Shown one piece after another: positions 1 through 11,200 of a stretch of 64,000 bases of DNA (positions within the stretch are counted from its first letter, which is position 1; every line of letters starts with the position of its first letter). The stretch lies in contig CAWDVP010000006.1 of the NCBI GenBank assembly GCA_963805945.1, positions 288,001 to 352,000 of the forward strand, written 5' to 3'. Source of the stretch: Vulcanimicrobiota bacterium (GTDB taxonomy: Bacteria > Vulcanimicrobiota > Vulcanimicrobiia > Eremiobacterales > Eremiobacteraceae). The notes under the pieces are model-generated. The model did not search any database, was not told the DNA's origin, and saw nothing but the letters and a program-made list of their open reading frames with translations. Position numbers and translations under genes: made by a program.

Positions 1-251
1 ACGGTCGTGTTGATGACGTTGAGGTTCGACGCGCCGGCGAGCTGGTCTTCGATGGGCCGGGCGATGGCATCGCGCATCTCGGTCGGCGACGCGCCTGGAT
101 AGTTCACGTTCACCGTGACCGTCGGCAGGTCGACGTTCGGAAATTGCTGCTGTGTGAGATTCAGAAACGAGATGACGCCTGCCAGCGTCACGAACACGAT
201 CAGCACGAAGACGAGCGCGGGGCGCTGGACGAAGAGCCGCGTCAGCAGCAT
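1..251 (-). CDS. RND efflux transporter permease (AcrB family), N-terminal part, truncated by window edge
   Basis: Manual translation MLLTRLFVQRPALVFVLIVFVTLAGVISFLNLTQQQFPNVDLPTVTVNVNYPGASPTEM matches the AcrB N-terminus; directly downstream of the adaptor gene. Confidence 0.9.
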   Translation of the reverse strand, partial: MLLTRLFVQRPALVFVLIVFVTLAGVISFLNLTQQQFPNVDLPTVTVNVNYPGASPTEMRDAIARPIEDQLAGASNLNVINTT

Positions 252-252
252 G

Positions 253-1464
253 TCATTGGACCTGCACCTCTTGCCCGTCGGAGACGGACAGCGAGCCGTC
301 GCTCACGACCAAGGTGCCGCTTGTGATCCCGGTGACCACCGCGTAATTCGTGCCACGCGCGAGCTCTACGACCGGCGTGATGTGCGCCTTCTTGTCGCCG
401 TCAATCGTGAGCAGCGTCTGGTGGGTGTCGTCGATGAAGGCGCCCACCGGTACGCTCACGCCGGTGACGGTCTGCTTGCTCACCGTGGCGGAGACGGTCA
501 TGCCGGGCAGCAGCGAGCGCTGCGGGTTGGGGATCTCCACCTTGACGATGAAGCCCGCCGACGTCGGCGTGGTCGGCGAAAGCACGGCGACGACGCGCGC
601 CGCGAAGCGCTTGCCCGGCACTGCCGGCGAGGTGAGCACGACGATCCCGCCCTTGCCGATGCCCGAGATCTGGCCGCCGAACGCGTTGAGCGATGCGTAG
701 ACGCTCGACACTTCTTGCAGCGTGAAGACCTGACGGGCGCCCGGATACTCGCCGGGGTTGAGGTTCCGATTGACGACCACGCCTTCGACCGGCGCGACGA
801 TGGTGGCTTTGTCGATCTGCGCCTGCAGCGCTTCGGCCTGGGCGTGCGCAGACTGCGCGGCCGCGATCGCCGCCGCGATGTTCGCCTGCTGCAGGCCCTT
901 GTCTTGATTTCCGTTGACGCGCTGGTTTTCCAGCGCGGAGTTCAGCGCCGAGCGCGCGGCCGTGACCTGGGTCTCTTGGGTCTGCACTTCCTGCGCGGAG
1001 ATGTATCCTTGGCCGACCAACTGCTGATCGCGCTGCAACGTGGTCTCCGCCAGCTGCAACTGCGCTCGCGCGGAGCTCACCTGATCGCCGCCGGACGAGA
1101 TCGCGTACTGCGCCTGGTACCGGGCTTGCACGGCCTTGGCGTCCGCCTCCGCGGCGGCGCGCTGCGCGGCGTCCAACTGGGCCTGGAGGTCGGCGGTCGA
1201 GAGCAGCGCGAGCAGTTGGCCGCGCCGTACGACATCGCCCTCGTTGACGGCGACGGTGGCGGCCGGCTCGAGAAGATCGCTTGTGATGCCGACGTTTTGC
1301 AGCGGCGCGACGACCCCTGAGAGGGATACGACCGGTTGGACCGTGCGCACCACGGCCGACTGTGCGGGAACGATCGGTGCGGTGACCTTCAGACCCGCGG
1401 GGTTGCGCGAGCAGCCGGATATGAAGAGCGCGAGCATGACAAGTGCGACGGCTGCGCGCTTCAC
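253..1464 (-). CDS. RND efflux periplasmic adaptor subunit (lipoprotein)
   Basis: Lipobox ISGC, lipoyl-like VNEGDVVRRGQLL and IVAPVEGVV motifs, coiled coil. Confidence 0.9.
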   Translation of the reverse strand: MKRAAVALVMLALFISGCSRNPAGLKVTAPIVPAQSAVVRTVQPVVSLSGVVAPLQNVGITSDLLEPAATVAVNEGDVVRRGQLLALLSTADLQAQLDAAQRAAAEADAKAVQARYQAQYAISSGGDQVSSARAQLQLAETTLQRDQQLVGQGYISAQEVQTQETQVTAARSALNSALENQRVNGNQDKGLQQANIAAAIAAAQSAHAQAEALQAQIDKATIVAPVEGVVVNRNLNPGEYPGARQVFTLQEVSSVYASLNAFGGQISGIGKGGIVVLTSPAVPGKRFAARVVAVLSPTTPTSAGFIVKVEIPNPQRSLLPGMTVSATVSKQTVTGVSVPVGAFIDDTHQTLLTIDGDKKAHITPVVELARGTNYAVVTGITSGTLVVSDGSLSVSDGQEVQVQ

Positions 1465-1551
1465 GCGGTGTTTCCTTTAGATAGCATGTTCTTGGCGAGG
1501 CTTCGGCAGGCGTCCGCAGAGGTACCTCCGGACCCCGGGTTTTCCCAGGAA

Positions 1552-2730
1552 CTAGTCAAGCATTCGCACCACGAAGCACTTGAGATACGCCGTTTCGGGG
1601 GCCGCCATCGAGATCGGGTGATCGGGCGGCTGGCCGCGATCTTCCAGCAGTTGCAGTTCACGTCGCGCGTCGCGCGCCGCATCGCGCAACATATCGGCGA
1701 ACAGCTCGCGCGTCACCGGTCGAGAGCACGAGCAGGTGACGAGAACGCCGCCCGGCTCCAGCATCGTGAGGGCGCGCAGATTGATCTCCTTGTAGCCGCG
1801 CAACGCGCCCGGCAGCGCGCTCTTGCCGCGCGCGAACGAGGGCGGATCGAGGATGATCAGTTCGAACTTCTGCTCGCGATCGCTCGCGCTACGCAGCCAA
1901 TCGAAGCAGTTCGCGACGATCACCGGCGCGTCGGGGAACCCGTTGAGCGCGAGGTTGCGCCGCGCGAGCTCGCACGCCTCGTCCGAGATGTCGACGCTCG
2001 TGACGGCGCTCGCGCCCGCAAGCGCGGCGTGGACGCTGAAGCCGCCTGTGTAGGCGAAGCAATTGAGCACGCGCCGGCCTCGCGCGTACGCCGCTGCCGC
2101 TTCGCGGTTGAGGCGCTGATCCAAGAACAGGCCGGTCTTCTGCCCGTGCGACACATCGACCAGCAAGCGCGCCGCGCCCTCACGTATTTCGATGAGCTCC
2201 GGCGGCGCCGCACCAGCGACCACGCCGGTGTGCGGTTCGAGACCTTCCAGTTTGCGTTCCGGCATGTCGCTGCGCTCGTAGATGCCGAGCGGTGCGACGA
2301 GCGTTTCGAGCGCACTCACGATATGCTGCTTGGCGCGTTCGACGCCGAGCGTCGAGAGCTGCATCGCCAGCCAGCCGGCGTACGAATCGACGATGAGCCC
2401 CGGCAGGCCGTCACCCTCGGCGTTGATGAGGCGCCGTCCGGCAGCCACGTCGAGCGGCCCACGGGCGCCGACGGCGGCGGCGATGCGCCGCTGCCAGAAG
2501 GCAGCGTCGATCGGCTCGTCGTGCCAGGAGATGACGCGCAGGCGTATCTTCGATGCGCGGTTGAGGTAGGCGATCGCGAAGAAGCGCCCGCGGTGATCGA
2601 GGACGCGGACAGCTTCGCCATCGACGGCGCCTGCGGGCAGCGAGTCGACCTCGCCCTCGAACAGCCACGGGTGGCGCAAGCGTTCCGGGCGCCGCGCTTT
2701 GATGCGGGCGGCCTCGGGTGCCGCGATCAA
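1552..2730 (-). CDS. RlmI-like SAM-dependent rRNA m5C methyltransferase with PUA domain
   Basis: HPWLF PUA start, [28 protein letters not shown] motifs. Confidence 0.88.
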   Translation of the reverse strand: MIAAPEAARIKARRPERLRHPWLFEGEVDSLPAGAVDGEAVRVLDHRGRFFAIAYLNRASKIRLRVISWHDEPIDAAFWQRRIAAAVGARGPLDVAAGRRLINAEGDGLPGLIVDSYAGWLAMQLSTLGVERAKQHIVSALETLVAPLGIYERSDMPERKLEGLEPHTGVVAGAAPPELIEIREGAARLLVDVSHGQKTGLFLDQRLNREAAAAYARGRRVLNCFAYTGGFSVHAALAGASAVTSVDISDEACELARRNLALNGFPDAPVIVANCFDWLRSASDREQKFELIILDPPSFARGKSALPGALRGYKEINLRALTMLEPGGVLVTCSCSRPVTRELFADMLRDAARDARRELQLLEDRGQPPDHPISMAAPETAYLKCFVVRMLD

Positions 2731-5342
2731 ACCTTCTCCTTCGAAGCCTTCTTGCGCATGACGACCTCGCCGTTCTTGCTGTCCACCACCACCGTATCGC
2801 CCGGCACGAAGTCGCCGCTGAGCGCTTTGAGCGCGAGCGGATCGACGACTTCCTTCTGCAGCGCGCGCTTGAGCGGCCGTGCGCCGTACACGGGATCGTA
2901 GCCGCGGCCGGCGATGAACTCCTTGGCGGCGTCGGTGAGCTCCAGGCTGATGCCGCGCTCCGCCAGGCGCTTGCGCAGCGTGCCGAGCTGGATCTCGACG
3001 ATCTGCTTGATGTCCGCCAGCGAAAGATTGCGGAAGATGATGATCTCGTCGATGCGGTTGAGGAACTCGGGCCGGAAGTGCGCGGTGACGACCTCCATGA
3101 CCTCCGTGCGCATCTTCTCCGGATTGCCGGCATTCTCGGCGATCGCCGCCGAGCCCAGATTGCTCGTCATGATGATGACGGTGTTCTTGAAGTCGACGAG
3201 GCGGCCTTGACCGTCGGTGAGCCGGCCGTCGTCGAGGATCTGTAGCAGCACGTTAAAGACGTCGGGGTGGGCCTTCTCGATCTCGTCGAACAGGATCACG
3301 CAGTACGGCCGCCGCCGCACCGCCTCGGTGAGCTGGCCGCCCTCGTCATAGCCGACATAGCCGGGCGGCGCGCCGATCAGCCGCGCGACGGTGTGCTTCT
3401 CCATGTATTCCGACATGTCGATGCGGATCATCGAATGCTCATCGTCGAACAAGAACTCGGCGAGCGCGCGCGCCAGCTCCGTCTTGCCGACGCCGGTGGG
3501 ACCGAGGAACAAGAACGAGCCGAGCGGCCGGTTGGGATCTTGCAGACCCGCCCGAGCGCGCCGCACCGCTGCGGCGACCGCCTTCACCGCGTTCTCCTGG
3601 CCGACCACCCGGACGTGCAGCCGCTCCTCCATCTGAAGAAGCTTCTGCACCTCGCCCTCGACGAGCTTCTCGACCGGGATGCCGGTCCATTTGGCGACGA
3701 CCTCGGCGATGTCGTGCTCGTCCACTTCTTCTTTGAAGAGCTTGGGGCCGGCGGACGGTTTTTCAAACCGCTCCTCGATCGCCTGCGCCTTCTTCTGCAG
3801 TTCCGGCAGATCTTTGTACTTGAGCCGCGAGATCTCTTCGAGGTCGACGTTCGGATCGTAGCCCTGCTCGGCTCGCTCGATGCGCGTCTTCATCGCCTCG
3901 ATCTTCTCTTTGATGCCGCTCACCTCGCCGACGGCGTTCTTCTCCGATTCCCATAGTTTCTTGAGGCGGGTCGTCTCCGCGTCGAGCTCCGCGATCTCTT
4001 TCTCGATGTCGGTGAGCCGCTTGCGCGAGCCGGCGTCTGACTCTTTCTTGAGCGCCTCGCGCTCGATCTTGAGCATGTTGTTGCGGCGCTCGACCTCGTC
4101 GAGCTCCACAGGCCGCGAATCCATCTCCATGCGGATCTTCGACGCGGCTTCGTCGACGAGATCGATGGCCTTGTCGGGCAGGAAGCGGTCCGTGATGTAG
4201 CGCTTCGAGAGGACGGCGGCCGCCACGAGCGCTGAGTCCTTGATGCGGACGTGGTGGTGCGCCTCGTAACGCTCGCGTAGGCCGCGCAGGATCGAGATGG
4301 TGTCCTCCACCGTCGGCTCGCCCACCATGACCGGCTGGAAGCGCCGCTCGAGCGCGGCGTCCTTCTCGATGTACTTGCGGTACTCGTTGAGCGTCGTCGC
4401 TCCGATGCAGTGGAGCTCGCCGCGCGCGAGCATCGGCTTGAGCAGGTTCGAAGCGTCCATCGAGCCTTCGGCCGCGCCCGCGCCGACGACGGTGTGCAGC
4501 TCGTCGATGAACAGGATGATCTCGCCCTGGCTGCTCGTGATCTCTTTGAGCACGGCCTTGAGGCGGTCTTCGAACTCGCCGCGGTACTTCGCGCCGGCGA
4601 TGAGCGCGCCGAGGTCGAGCGAGATGATGCGCTTGTTCTTCAGACCCTCCGGCACGTCGCCGCGCACGATGCGGTGGGCCAGGCCCTCCACGATCGCCGT
4701 CTTGCCGACGCCGGGCTCGCCGATGAGCACCGGGTTGTTCTTGGTGCGCCGCGAGAGCACTTGGATGACGCGGCGGATCTCCTCGTCGCGACCGATGACC
4801 GGATCGATCTTGTTCTGCCGTGCGAGCGCGGTGAGATCGCGGCCGTAGCGCTCGAGCGCCTGGTACTTGCCCTCCGGATCTTGGTCGGTGATACGCTGGC
4901 TGCCCCGTACCGGTGCAAGGCCGGCGAGGATCTTATCGGGCGTCGCGCCGGCTTTGACCAGCAGTTCCTTGGCCTCAGATCTGCCGGGCGCGTCCGCGAT
5001 CGCGATCAGGAGGTGTTCGGTCGAGACGTACTCGTCTTTGAACTTCTCGGCCGCCTCGCCGGCTCGGCTTATGAGCGCCGTCATCTCGCGGCCGAAGCGC
5101 GGCTCTGCGCCGCCGTACACCTTGGCGCGGGCATCGAGCCTCGCGACCGCCTGCTTCTCGAGCTGGCCGACGTCTATGCCCAGCTGGCGCAGCACGATCG
5201 CCGGGGTGCCCTCAGGGTCGCTCAGCAGTGCGACGAGCAGGTGTTCGGCGTCGACCTCAGCCGCGTGGCGCTCCGCTGCGATGCGTTGCGCCTCGACGAG
5301 CGCCTCCTGCGCTTTGCGCGTGAGCTTGTCGAAGTTCGTCAT
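2727..5342 (-). CDS. clpB: ATP-dependent chaperone ClpB
   Basis: Two AAA+ modules ([16 protein letters not shown]), middle coiled-coil domain, 871 aa. Confidence 0.97.
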   Translation of the reverse strand: MTNFDKLTRKAQEALVEAQRIAAERHAAEVDAEHLLVALLSDPEGTPAIVLRQLGIDVGQLEKQAVARLDARAKVYGGAEPRFGREMTALISRAGEAAEKFKDEYVSTEHLLIAIADAPGRSEAKELLVKAGATPDKILAGLAPVRGSQRITDQDPEGKYQALERYGRDLTALARQNKIDPVIGRDEEIRRVIQVLSRRTKNNPVLIGEPGVGKTAIVEGLAHRIVRGDVPEGLKNKRIISLDLGALIAGAKYRGEFEDRLKAVLKEITSSQGEIILFIDELHTVVGAGAAEGSMDASNLLKPMLARGELHCIGATTLNEYRKYIEKDAALERRFQPVMVGEPTVEDTISILRGLRERYEAHHHVRIKDSALVAAAVLSKRYITDRFLPDKAIDLVDEAASKIRMEMDSRPVELDEVERRNNMLKIEREALKKESDAGSRKRLTDIEKEIAELDAETTRLKKLWESEKNAVGEVSGIKEKIEAMKTRIERAEQGYDPNVDLEEISRLKYKDLPELQKKAQAIEERFEKPSAGPKLFKEEVDEHDIAEVVAKWTGIPVEKLVEGEVQKLLQMEERLHVRVVGQENAVKAVAAAVRRARAGLQDPNRPLGSFLFLGPTGVGKTELARALAEFLFDDEHSMIRIDMSEYMEKHTVARLIGAPPGYVGYDEGGQLTEAVRRRPYCVILFDEIEKAHPDVFNVLLQILDDGRLTDGQGRLVDFKNTVIIMTSNLGSAAIAENAGNPEKMRTEVMEVVTAHFRPEFLNRIDEIIIFRNLSLADIKQIVEIQLGTLRKRLAERGISLELTDAAKEFIAGRGYDPVYGARPLKRALQKEVVDPLALKALSGDFVPGDTVVVDSKNGEVVMRKKASKEKV

Positions 5343-5357
5343 CGGCCGCCTCTCACG

Positions 5358-5394
5358 TCATCCACAGTGTCCACAGTTTCAAAAGTTCTCCACA
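5358..5394 (+). promoter_or_regulatory. Three DnaA-box-like 9-mers upstream of clpB
   Basis: TCATCCACA 5358-5366, GTGTCCACA 5367-5375, TTCTCCACA 5386-5394; 1-2 mismatches to TTATCCACA. Confidence 0.4.
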
Positions 5395-5507
5395 GGCTAG
5401 TTTGGTCGATGTCCGGCCGGACCCTTGTCGCGCGCAGTCGCACGCGTGATTGCATTGCCGTCATGCCGGCTCTGCGGTAGAATCACGCTAGTCTCGTTCC
5501 TCAAAGG

Positions 5508-7058
5508 ATGAACGCCATGCCGCATTTCCGTACGTGCGGGCTGCGCGTTGCACCGCTTCTCATCCTCGTCTGCTGCGCTCCGTCATACGGCGCGGCCCTT
5601 CCGAGCGCGCCTCGGCAACCGGTCCCCTCGGTCTTGGCGCGCTTCGCCGGCTTCGAAGGCCGGATCACCTATGCCGGCCATCGCATCGATATCGTCTCCG
5701 CGCCGGAAGTGACCGGCACCGCCATTGTCTCGCGCAACGGCTTTGTCATCGAAGAACGCGGTCCGCGCTACGCTTTGCGCGCCGATGCGAGCGGCGTCGT
5801 CGTGCGTTCGGGCGCGACGGCTGCGCGCGCGGCGGATCCGCTCGACGCGGACGCGTTCGTCTATCCGTGGGCCATCGCGCTCGCCGCGCTCGCGAGCGGC
5901 GATCTTCGCGCCGGCGGGCATGCGGCGTGGCGCACGCCGATGGGCATGACCGTGTATACCGACGCCAGCGGCGCAGAGATCGAAGGTTTCGTCGGGCAAG
6001 CCGGCGCGCGGCTCTCCTTCACATTCGCCGGCTGGAGCGACGTCGCGGGTCTGCCGTTCCCGACGCGCGTCTTGCGCCTGCGCGACGGCGTGAGCGATGC
6101 GGCTTTTCAGATCGACCGCCTCTATGTCGCACGCGCGCCGGGGCCGGGAGACCGGCCGGTCGACGGTGCGCCGGTGGCGGCTGTGACCACCGGTCGAGTG
6201 AATTCGACCGCTCCAGCCATCATGGAAATGCGGCCGGCGCCGCCGTTTCCGTCGCGGCTCGTGCTCACATTCTTCGGCTTGATGCTGCTGGCGGTGGCGA
6301 TGGTCGCGTGGCTGCGGCGCGACGCGTTCACCTCGCGTCTGTGTGCGCGCGCGTCGCCCGACGCGCGAGGATGGCGGACGTCGTCGGCGGCTGCGTATGT
6401 CACGCCCGACGGTATCGTCCGGATCGAGGGCAACGACTACCACGTCGGACCTGAGTTCTTCGCGCGCGCGGTCGAAGTGAGCTTCTCCGCGCTCTTCTTG
6501 CGGGTGTCGGCGCCCGGCCTGTCACGTGCGGTCGTCCTGCCGCGGCGCCTGCCGCGCATCGGCACGCCGCCGCGCCGTCGCCGCGCCGCGTCGGCGGGCT
6601 TCAGCCTCGTCGAGTCGCTCGTCGCCGTGGGCTTCTTGTCCGTCGTGATCGTCGGCGCGATCTATCCGGCGCTCGTCGCGGTTGCGCACGCGGATCTCGT
6701 CGCCGGCCAAAAGCGTGCCGCGATCGCGGCCGCTGCCAACGCCCTCACGGACGAGGAGATGGCGTGCGCCTACGGCACGAGCGCGCCGACCGGCGTCACC
6801 ACCACCACGGTCGACGGCATGACGGTGACGGTCAGCGTCACAAGCTCATCCGTGGCCGGCGCGCGCGATATCCGCGTCACGGTCGCGAATGCGTCGGGCC
6901 GGACGCTCGCGGCGCTGGCCACCACCGTGGGTCCGCCGGTGCCGCCGCCCGGTTCGAGCGGCGCGGCGACGCCTCCACCTACGGCCGCGCCGACCGCGGC
7001 GCCGACGACCGCACCCGGACCTTCGGCGACCCCACCGTCTTCGTTCGGCGGCCGCTGA
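5508..7058 (+). CDS. Multidomain membrane protein with an internal type IV prepilin motif
   Basis: N-terminal signal-like segment, central TM (LVLTFFGLMLLAVAMVAWL), RRRRAASAG|FSLVESLVAVGFLSVVIVG at aa 364/365, Pro/Thr-rich tail. Confidence 0.7.
   Translation: MNAMPHFRTCGLRVAPLLILVCCAPSYGAALPSAPRQPVPSVLARFAGFEGRITYAGHRIDIVSAPEVTGTAIVSRNGFVIEERGPRYALRADASGVVVRSGATAARAADPLDADAFVYPWAIALAALASGDLRAGGHAAWRTPMGMTVYTDASGAEIEGFVGQAGARLSFTFAGWSDVAGLPFPTRVLRLRDGVSDAAFQIDRLYVARAPGPGDRPVDGAPVAAVTTGRVNSTAPAIMEMRPAPPFPSRLVLTFFGLMLLAVAMVAWLRRDAFTSRLCARASPDARGWRTSSAAAYVTPDGIVRIEGNDYHVGPEFFARAVEVSFSALFLRVSAPGLSRAVVLPRRLPRIGTPPRRRRAASAGFSLVESLVAVGFLSVVIVGAIYPALVAVAHADLVAGQKRAAIAAAANALTDEEMACAYGTSAPTGVTTTTVDGMTVTVSVTSSSVAGARDIRVTVANASGRTLAALATTVGPPVPPPGSSGAATPPPTAAPTAAPTTAPGPSATPPSSFGGR
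6191..6215 (-). repeat. REP-like palindromic element family A, in frame in CDS (GRVNSTAP)
   Basis: cggtcgagtgaattcgaccgctcca. Confidence 0.85.
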
Positions 7059-7741
7059 TGCGCCGGCGCCGAGGCATGGCCCTCATCACCGCGCTGCTCG
7101 TCGCCACGCTGGTGCTCGCGGTCCTTGCGTTCGTCGTCACCGTCGGCACGTCGCAGTTGCGGCGCGCCACCGAAGAGCTGTGGGAACTGCAGGCGCAAGC
7201 CGGCGCCGACGGAGCGGTGGGGTGGACGCGCGCGCTCATCGCGAATCGCCAGGGCGACATCGTCGCGGCGCTCGGCGACATGGCTGCGGCGAAGAGCACG
7301 TACGTGCTGACCATCGACGAGAACACGGAGGTGGATGCGTCGGTCACCTTCCATCTCGCGAACGTGGGAGCGGCGAACGATCACGTCGACGTCTTCTTGC
7401 AGCAGGACCCGTCGGTGGCCGAGACGCCGCTTCAGGTGAGCGTCACCGCGACGGTCGTCGTGGGCGGCAATGCGGTGGCGAGCCGCAGCACGACGGCACT
7501 GGTCCGCGTGTTCCGGCAGGCCGCTCCCTATTCGGAGATCACCGGCTTCATCGATAACTCGGGGCCGGTGGGTATCGATAGTCCCGGTGATCCCGCCGGT
7601 CAGGCCGGCAGCGCGACGGCGACCGAACTGCGTATCCACGTGTTCAAGACGGACGCCTCCGGCAACCCGATCGCAAACGATACGTTCGGCGATCAGACCT
7701 GGTCGGACGGCAACTCCGCGCCCTCCGGCGCGCTTCCATGA
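7058..7741 (+). CDS. PilX/GspK-like minor pilin
   Basis: MRRRRG|MALITALLVATLVLAV class III signal lacking Glu5; ATG overlaps the upstream TGA. Confidence 0.7.
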   Translation: MRRRRGMALITALLVATLVLAVLAFVVTVGTSQLRRATEELWELQAQAGADGAVGWTRALIANRQGDIVAALGDMAAAKSTYVLTIDENTEVDASVTFHLANVGAANDHVDVFLQQDPSVAETPLQVSVTATVVVGGNAVASRSTTALVRVFRQAAPYSEITGFIDNSGPVGIDSPGDPAGQAGSATATELRIHVFKTDASGNPIANDTFGDQTWSDGNSAPSGALP

Positions 7742-8277
7742 GATCCCGTATGGAGCGGTCGAATCTATTCGACCGCGGGATGACGCTGATCGAGTTGCTC
7801 ATCGTCGTCGCCATCCTCGCGATCGCGTGCGCGCTCATCTTCCTCTCGCCCGTGCGCGCGTATCTGCACGCTCGCGCCGCAGCCGACGCAGCGCAGACTT
7901 TTGCGCAGGACGTGGCGCTGCTGGAACGCGTGGCGCAGAACGGCGGCGCCAACGACGGCGCCACGCTGCAGATCGTCTCGACCAGTCCGCTCGTCTACGA
8001 ATGCTACTACGGGCGCCCGAACGCGATCGATCCGAACTCCGCGCTCGGCGCGTTGATCGTCCGCCGTAGCTACGATGACGTGACGCTGTCCGGCGGACCC
8101 ATCGACGCCACCACGCCGTTGCTGTTCGCGAGCAACGGAAGCGCGCAGTACGTCGCGGCCGGAGTCTGGGCGGACCAGCATCAGACGATCGAGATGACGC
8201 TCGCGCCGTCCGGAGACGAAGAACGCTCTTCCGCCATCGACCTGGACCTTTTCACCGGCGGGGTCTCACTGCGGTAG
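7738..8277 (+). CDS. Prepilin-type N-terminal cleavage/methylation protein (FimT/GspH-like)
   Basis: G|MTLIELLIVVAILAI motif. Confidence 0.85.
   Translation: MRSRMERSNLFDRGMTLIELLIVVAILAIACALIFLSPVRAYLHARAAADAAQTFAQDVALLERVAQNGGANDGATLQIVSTSPLVYECYYGRPNAIDPNSALGALIVRRSYDDVTLSGGPIDATTPLLFASNGSAQYVAAGVWADQHQTIEMTLAPSGDEERSSAIDLDLFTGGVSLR
7751..7776 (+). repeat. REP-like palindromic element family A, forms the prepilin leader (MERSNLFDR)
   Basis: tggagcggtcgaatctattcgaccgc. Confidence 0.85.
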
Positions 8278-8289
8278 CGCGACGACCTT

Positions 8290-11200
8290 CTAGCGGAAAT
8301 CACGCGTGGTCAACCCGTCCGTGAGGCGATCCAGGTCGAGCTTCCAGAAACGGCGAGCCAGCACGTTGATGTGGCCCTCATCCTTCTGGATGACGCCCTC
8401 CACGATGACCGCCGGCTCGTCGCGCGCGATCGGACGGTACTTCTGATAGATGTCCGGCCGGATGATCACGTTGACGAGCCCGGTCTCGTCCTCGAGCGTG
8501 GCGAAGACGAAACCTTTGGCGGTGCCCGGACGCTGACGCGTCGTGACCAGGCCTGCGACTTTCATGACCAGGCGATTGGGAAGACGCTCGAGGTCGGCGG
8601 CGCTGTAGATGCGCCGCGCGGTGAGCTGCTCGCGATAGAACTGCATCGCGTGGTAGGTGGGCGACAGGCCTAAGCCCCACAGGTCCGCACCGGCTTCTTC
8701 CACTTGATGCATGCGCGGCAGCGCCACCGGCGGTTCGTCGAGCGTCATGCCCCGTTCGAGCGCGCCGACGCGGGGCAAGATCGCGAGCCGCTGCACCTCC
8801 CACAGCGCCTGCCGGCGCGACAGCCCGAAGCACGCGAACGCGTCCACCGCGGCCAGCGACTCCAAGATCTCTTTGGAGAGCTGTGTCCTCAAGACGAAGT
8901 CGCGCAGATCCATGTACGGCCCCTTCTCTCGCTCAGCATTCAACATCGCTTTGTGCTTTTCGCCGATACCGCGCACTTGACTGAGCCCGATACGAATGGC
9001 ATAGCCGCGCGTCTCGAGCGGAAGCACGCGGCTCTGCGAAGCCGGGGCCTCTGAGGAGGCGAGAGCCGACGAAGGAGCCGCGGAGTCAAAATCTCCCTTA
9101 GCTCCGCGAGCGTGCCCCGGCGGCAGAGCCGCGTGCGCGCTCGCGACGGGCAGCCTCTCCGACGTGCATTCGTAGCGCGAGACGTTGACGTCCGGCGCCA
9201 GCACGGTGACCTTATGCCGGCGCGCATCCGCGATCAAAGATTCAGGCGAATAGAACCCCATCGGCTGCGCGTTGAGCAGCGACGCGTAGAACTCCGGCGC
9301 GTAACGCAGCTTGAGATATCCGGAGATGTAGACGATGAGCGCGAACGACGCGGCGTGCGATTCGGGGAAACCGAAGTCGGCGAACGCGCTGAGCATCTGG
9401 AAGAGCCGCTCGGCGACCTCGCGTGTGATGCCGTTGCGCGCCATGCCTTCGAGCAAGCGCGCGTGCAGGCGCTCCATCTTCTCGCGCGAGCGCTTGTGCC
9501 CCATCGCGCGGCGCAGCTCGTCCGCCTGGCCGGCCGTGAAGCCCGCGGTCTCGACGGCCATGCGCATGCCTTGTTCCTGGAAGAGCGGCACGCCCAAGGT
9601 GCGCTCGAGCACCGGCTTGAGCTTCGGATGCGGATAGGTCACCGGCTCGAGGCCTTTGCGCCGGCGGATGTAGGGATGCACCATATCGCCCTGGATGGGG
9701 CCGGGCCGGATGATCGCCACCTCGACGACGATGTCGTAGAAGCAGCGCGGCCGCAGGCGCGGCAGCGTCGCCATCTGCGCGCGCGACTCCACTTGGAACA
9801 GCCCGACCGTGTCCGCGGCGCACAGCATGTCGTAGACGCCCGGATCGTCGCACGCGCGCAGGTCCGCCAGATCGAGCGTCTCTCCGCGCACGCGCGCGAT
9901 CTCCTTGATCGCGAGCTCGATGGCGTCGAGCATCCCGAGCCCGAGCAGGTCGATCTTGATGAGCCCGAGCGCGGCGCAATCATCCTTATCCCAGCACAGG
10001 ATGGTGCGGTCGGGCATAGCCGCTTTCTCCAGCGGCGCCACTTCGATGAGCGGCGAGCGCGTGATCACCATGCCGCCGACGTGCTGGCTCAGGTGGCGCG
10101 GGAAGCTGTCGATGCGGCGGCACAGCTCGTAGAGCCGCTCCGCGGTGTCGCCGGCCAGATCCACGTGCAGCGCCGGCGGCAGCGCGGCGACCGCGCCCGC
10201 CACCTCAGCCGCCGACAGCGCCGGCGGCTCGCCGTGCGCGTCCAAGGACGGCAGGTGGGATGCGTTCCCCGAGCTTCGCTCGGGCACCACAGGCTCAGGC
10301 ACCACAGACCCGCGCGCGACGTCCGAGAGAGCGCGCGCCGCGCTGTAGCCGTCGAGCGACTTCGCGAGCGCGTCCACCTGATCGAGCGAGAGACCGATCG
10401 CCTTGCCGATATCGCGCACCGCGGAGCGCGCGCGGTAGCTGATGACCTCCGCGACCATCGCGCTATGCTCGCGGCCATAACGTTGATAGACGTATTGGAT
10501 GATCTGCTCGCGCTTCTCGCCCGAGGGGCAATCGAGGTCGATGTCGGGCAGTTCGGCGCGCTCTTCCGACAAGAAGCGCTCGAAGAGCAGCTTCAAGCCG
10601 ACCGGGTCCACGCTCGTGATGTTGAGCGCGTAGCAGACGGCCGAGTTGGCGGCCGACCCGCGGCCTTGCACGAAGATACCGCGCTCCATCGCGAAACGCA
10701 CGATATCCCAGACGATGAGGAAGTAACCGGCCAGATCTAGCTTCTCGATCACCGCGAGCTCATGCGCGATTTGCTTGCTCACCTCGGGCGTCACCGGACG
10801 GTAGCGCCGCCGCACGCCTTCTTGCACGAGCGCGTAGAGATACGAAAAGGCGGTCTCACCGCTCGGCAGCGGAAAATCGGGAAACTCGTTGCGTAGGCGC
10901 TCCAAGCGGAACGAACAGCGCTGCGCGATGGCGGCGCTGGCCGCGATCGCGCGCGGATGCTCGGGGAAGAGCCGCAGCATCGCCTGCGCCGAGCGCAAGG
11001 CGTATTCGCCGTTGGGCCGCAGCCGCGCGCCCGCGTCGTCAAGCGTGGTCTTGAGCCGGATGCAGGCGAGCACGTCGGCGAGCTCGCGGTGCTCCGGCAG
11101 CGCGTAGTGCACGCCGCCGGTGGCGACCAGTCCGAGCTCGAGGTTCTGCGCCACCGCCGCGAGCGCGCGGATGCGCGGGCCGTCGTCGGGCAGCAGATGC

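Noticed and set aside
9079..9108. cgcggag...ctccgcg hairpin in the second DnaE2 insertion as another repeat family
   Set aside because: Single copy with a short GC-rich stem; could be chance
9000..10330. DnaE2 insertions as inteins
   Set aside because: Only tens of residues long, low complexity, no Cys/Ser start or His-Asn end
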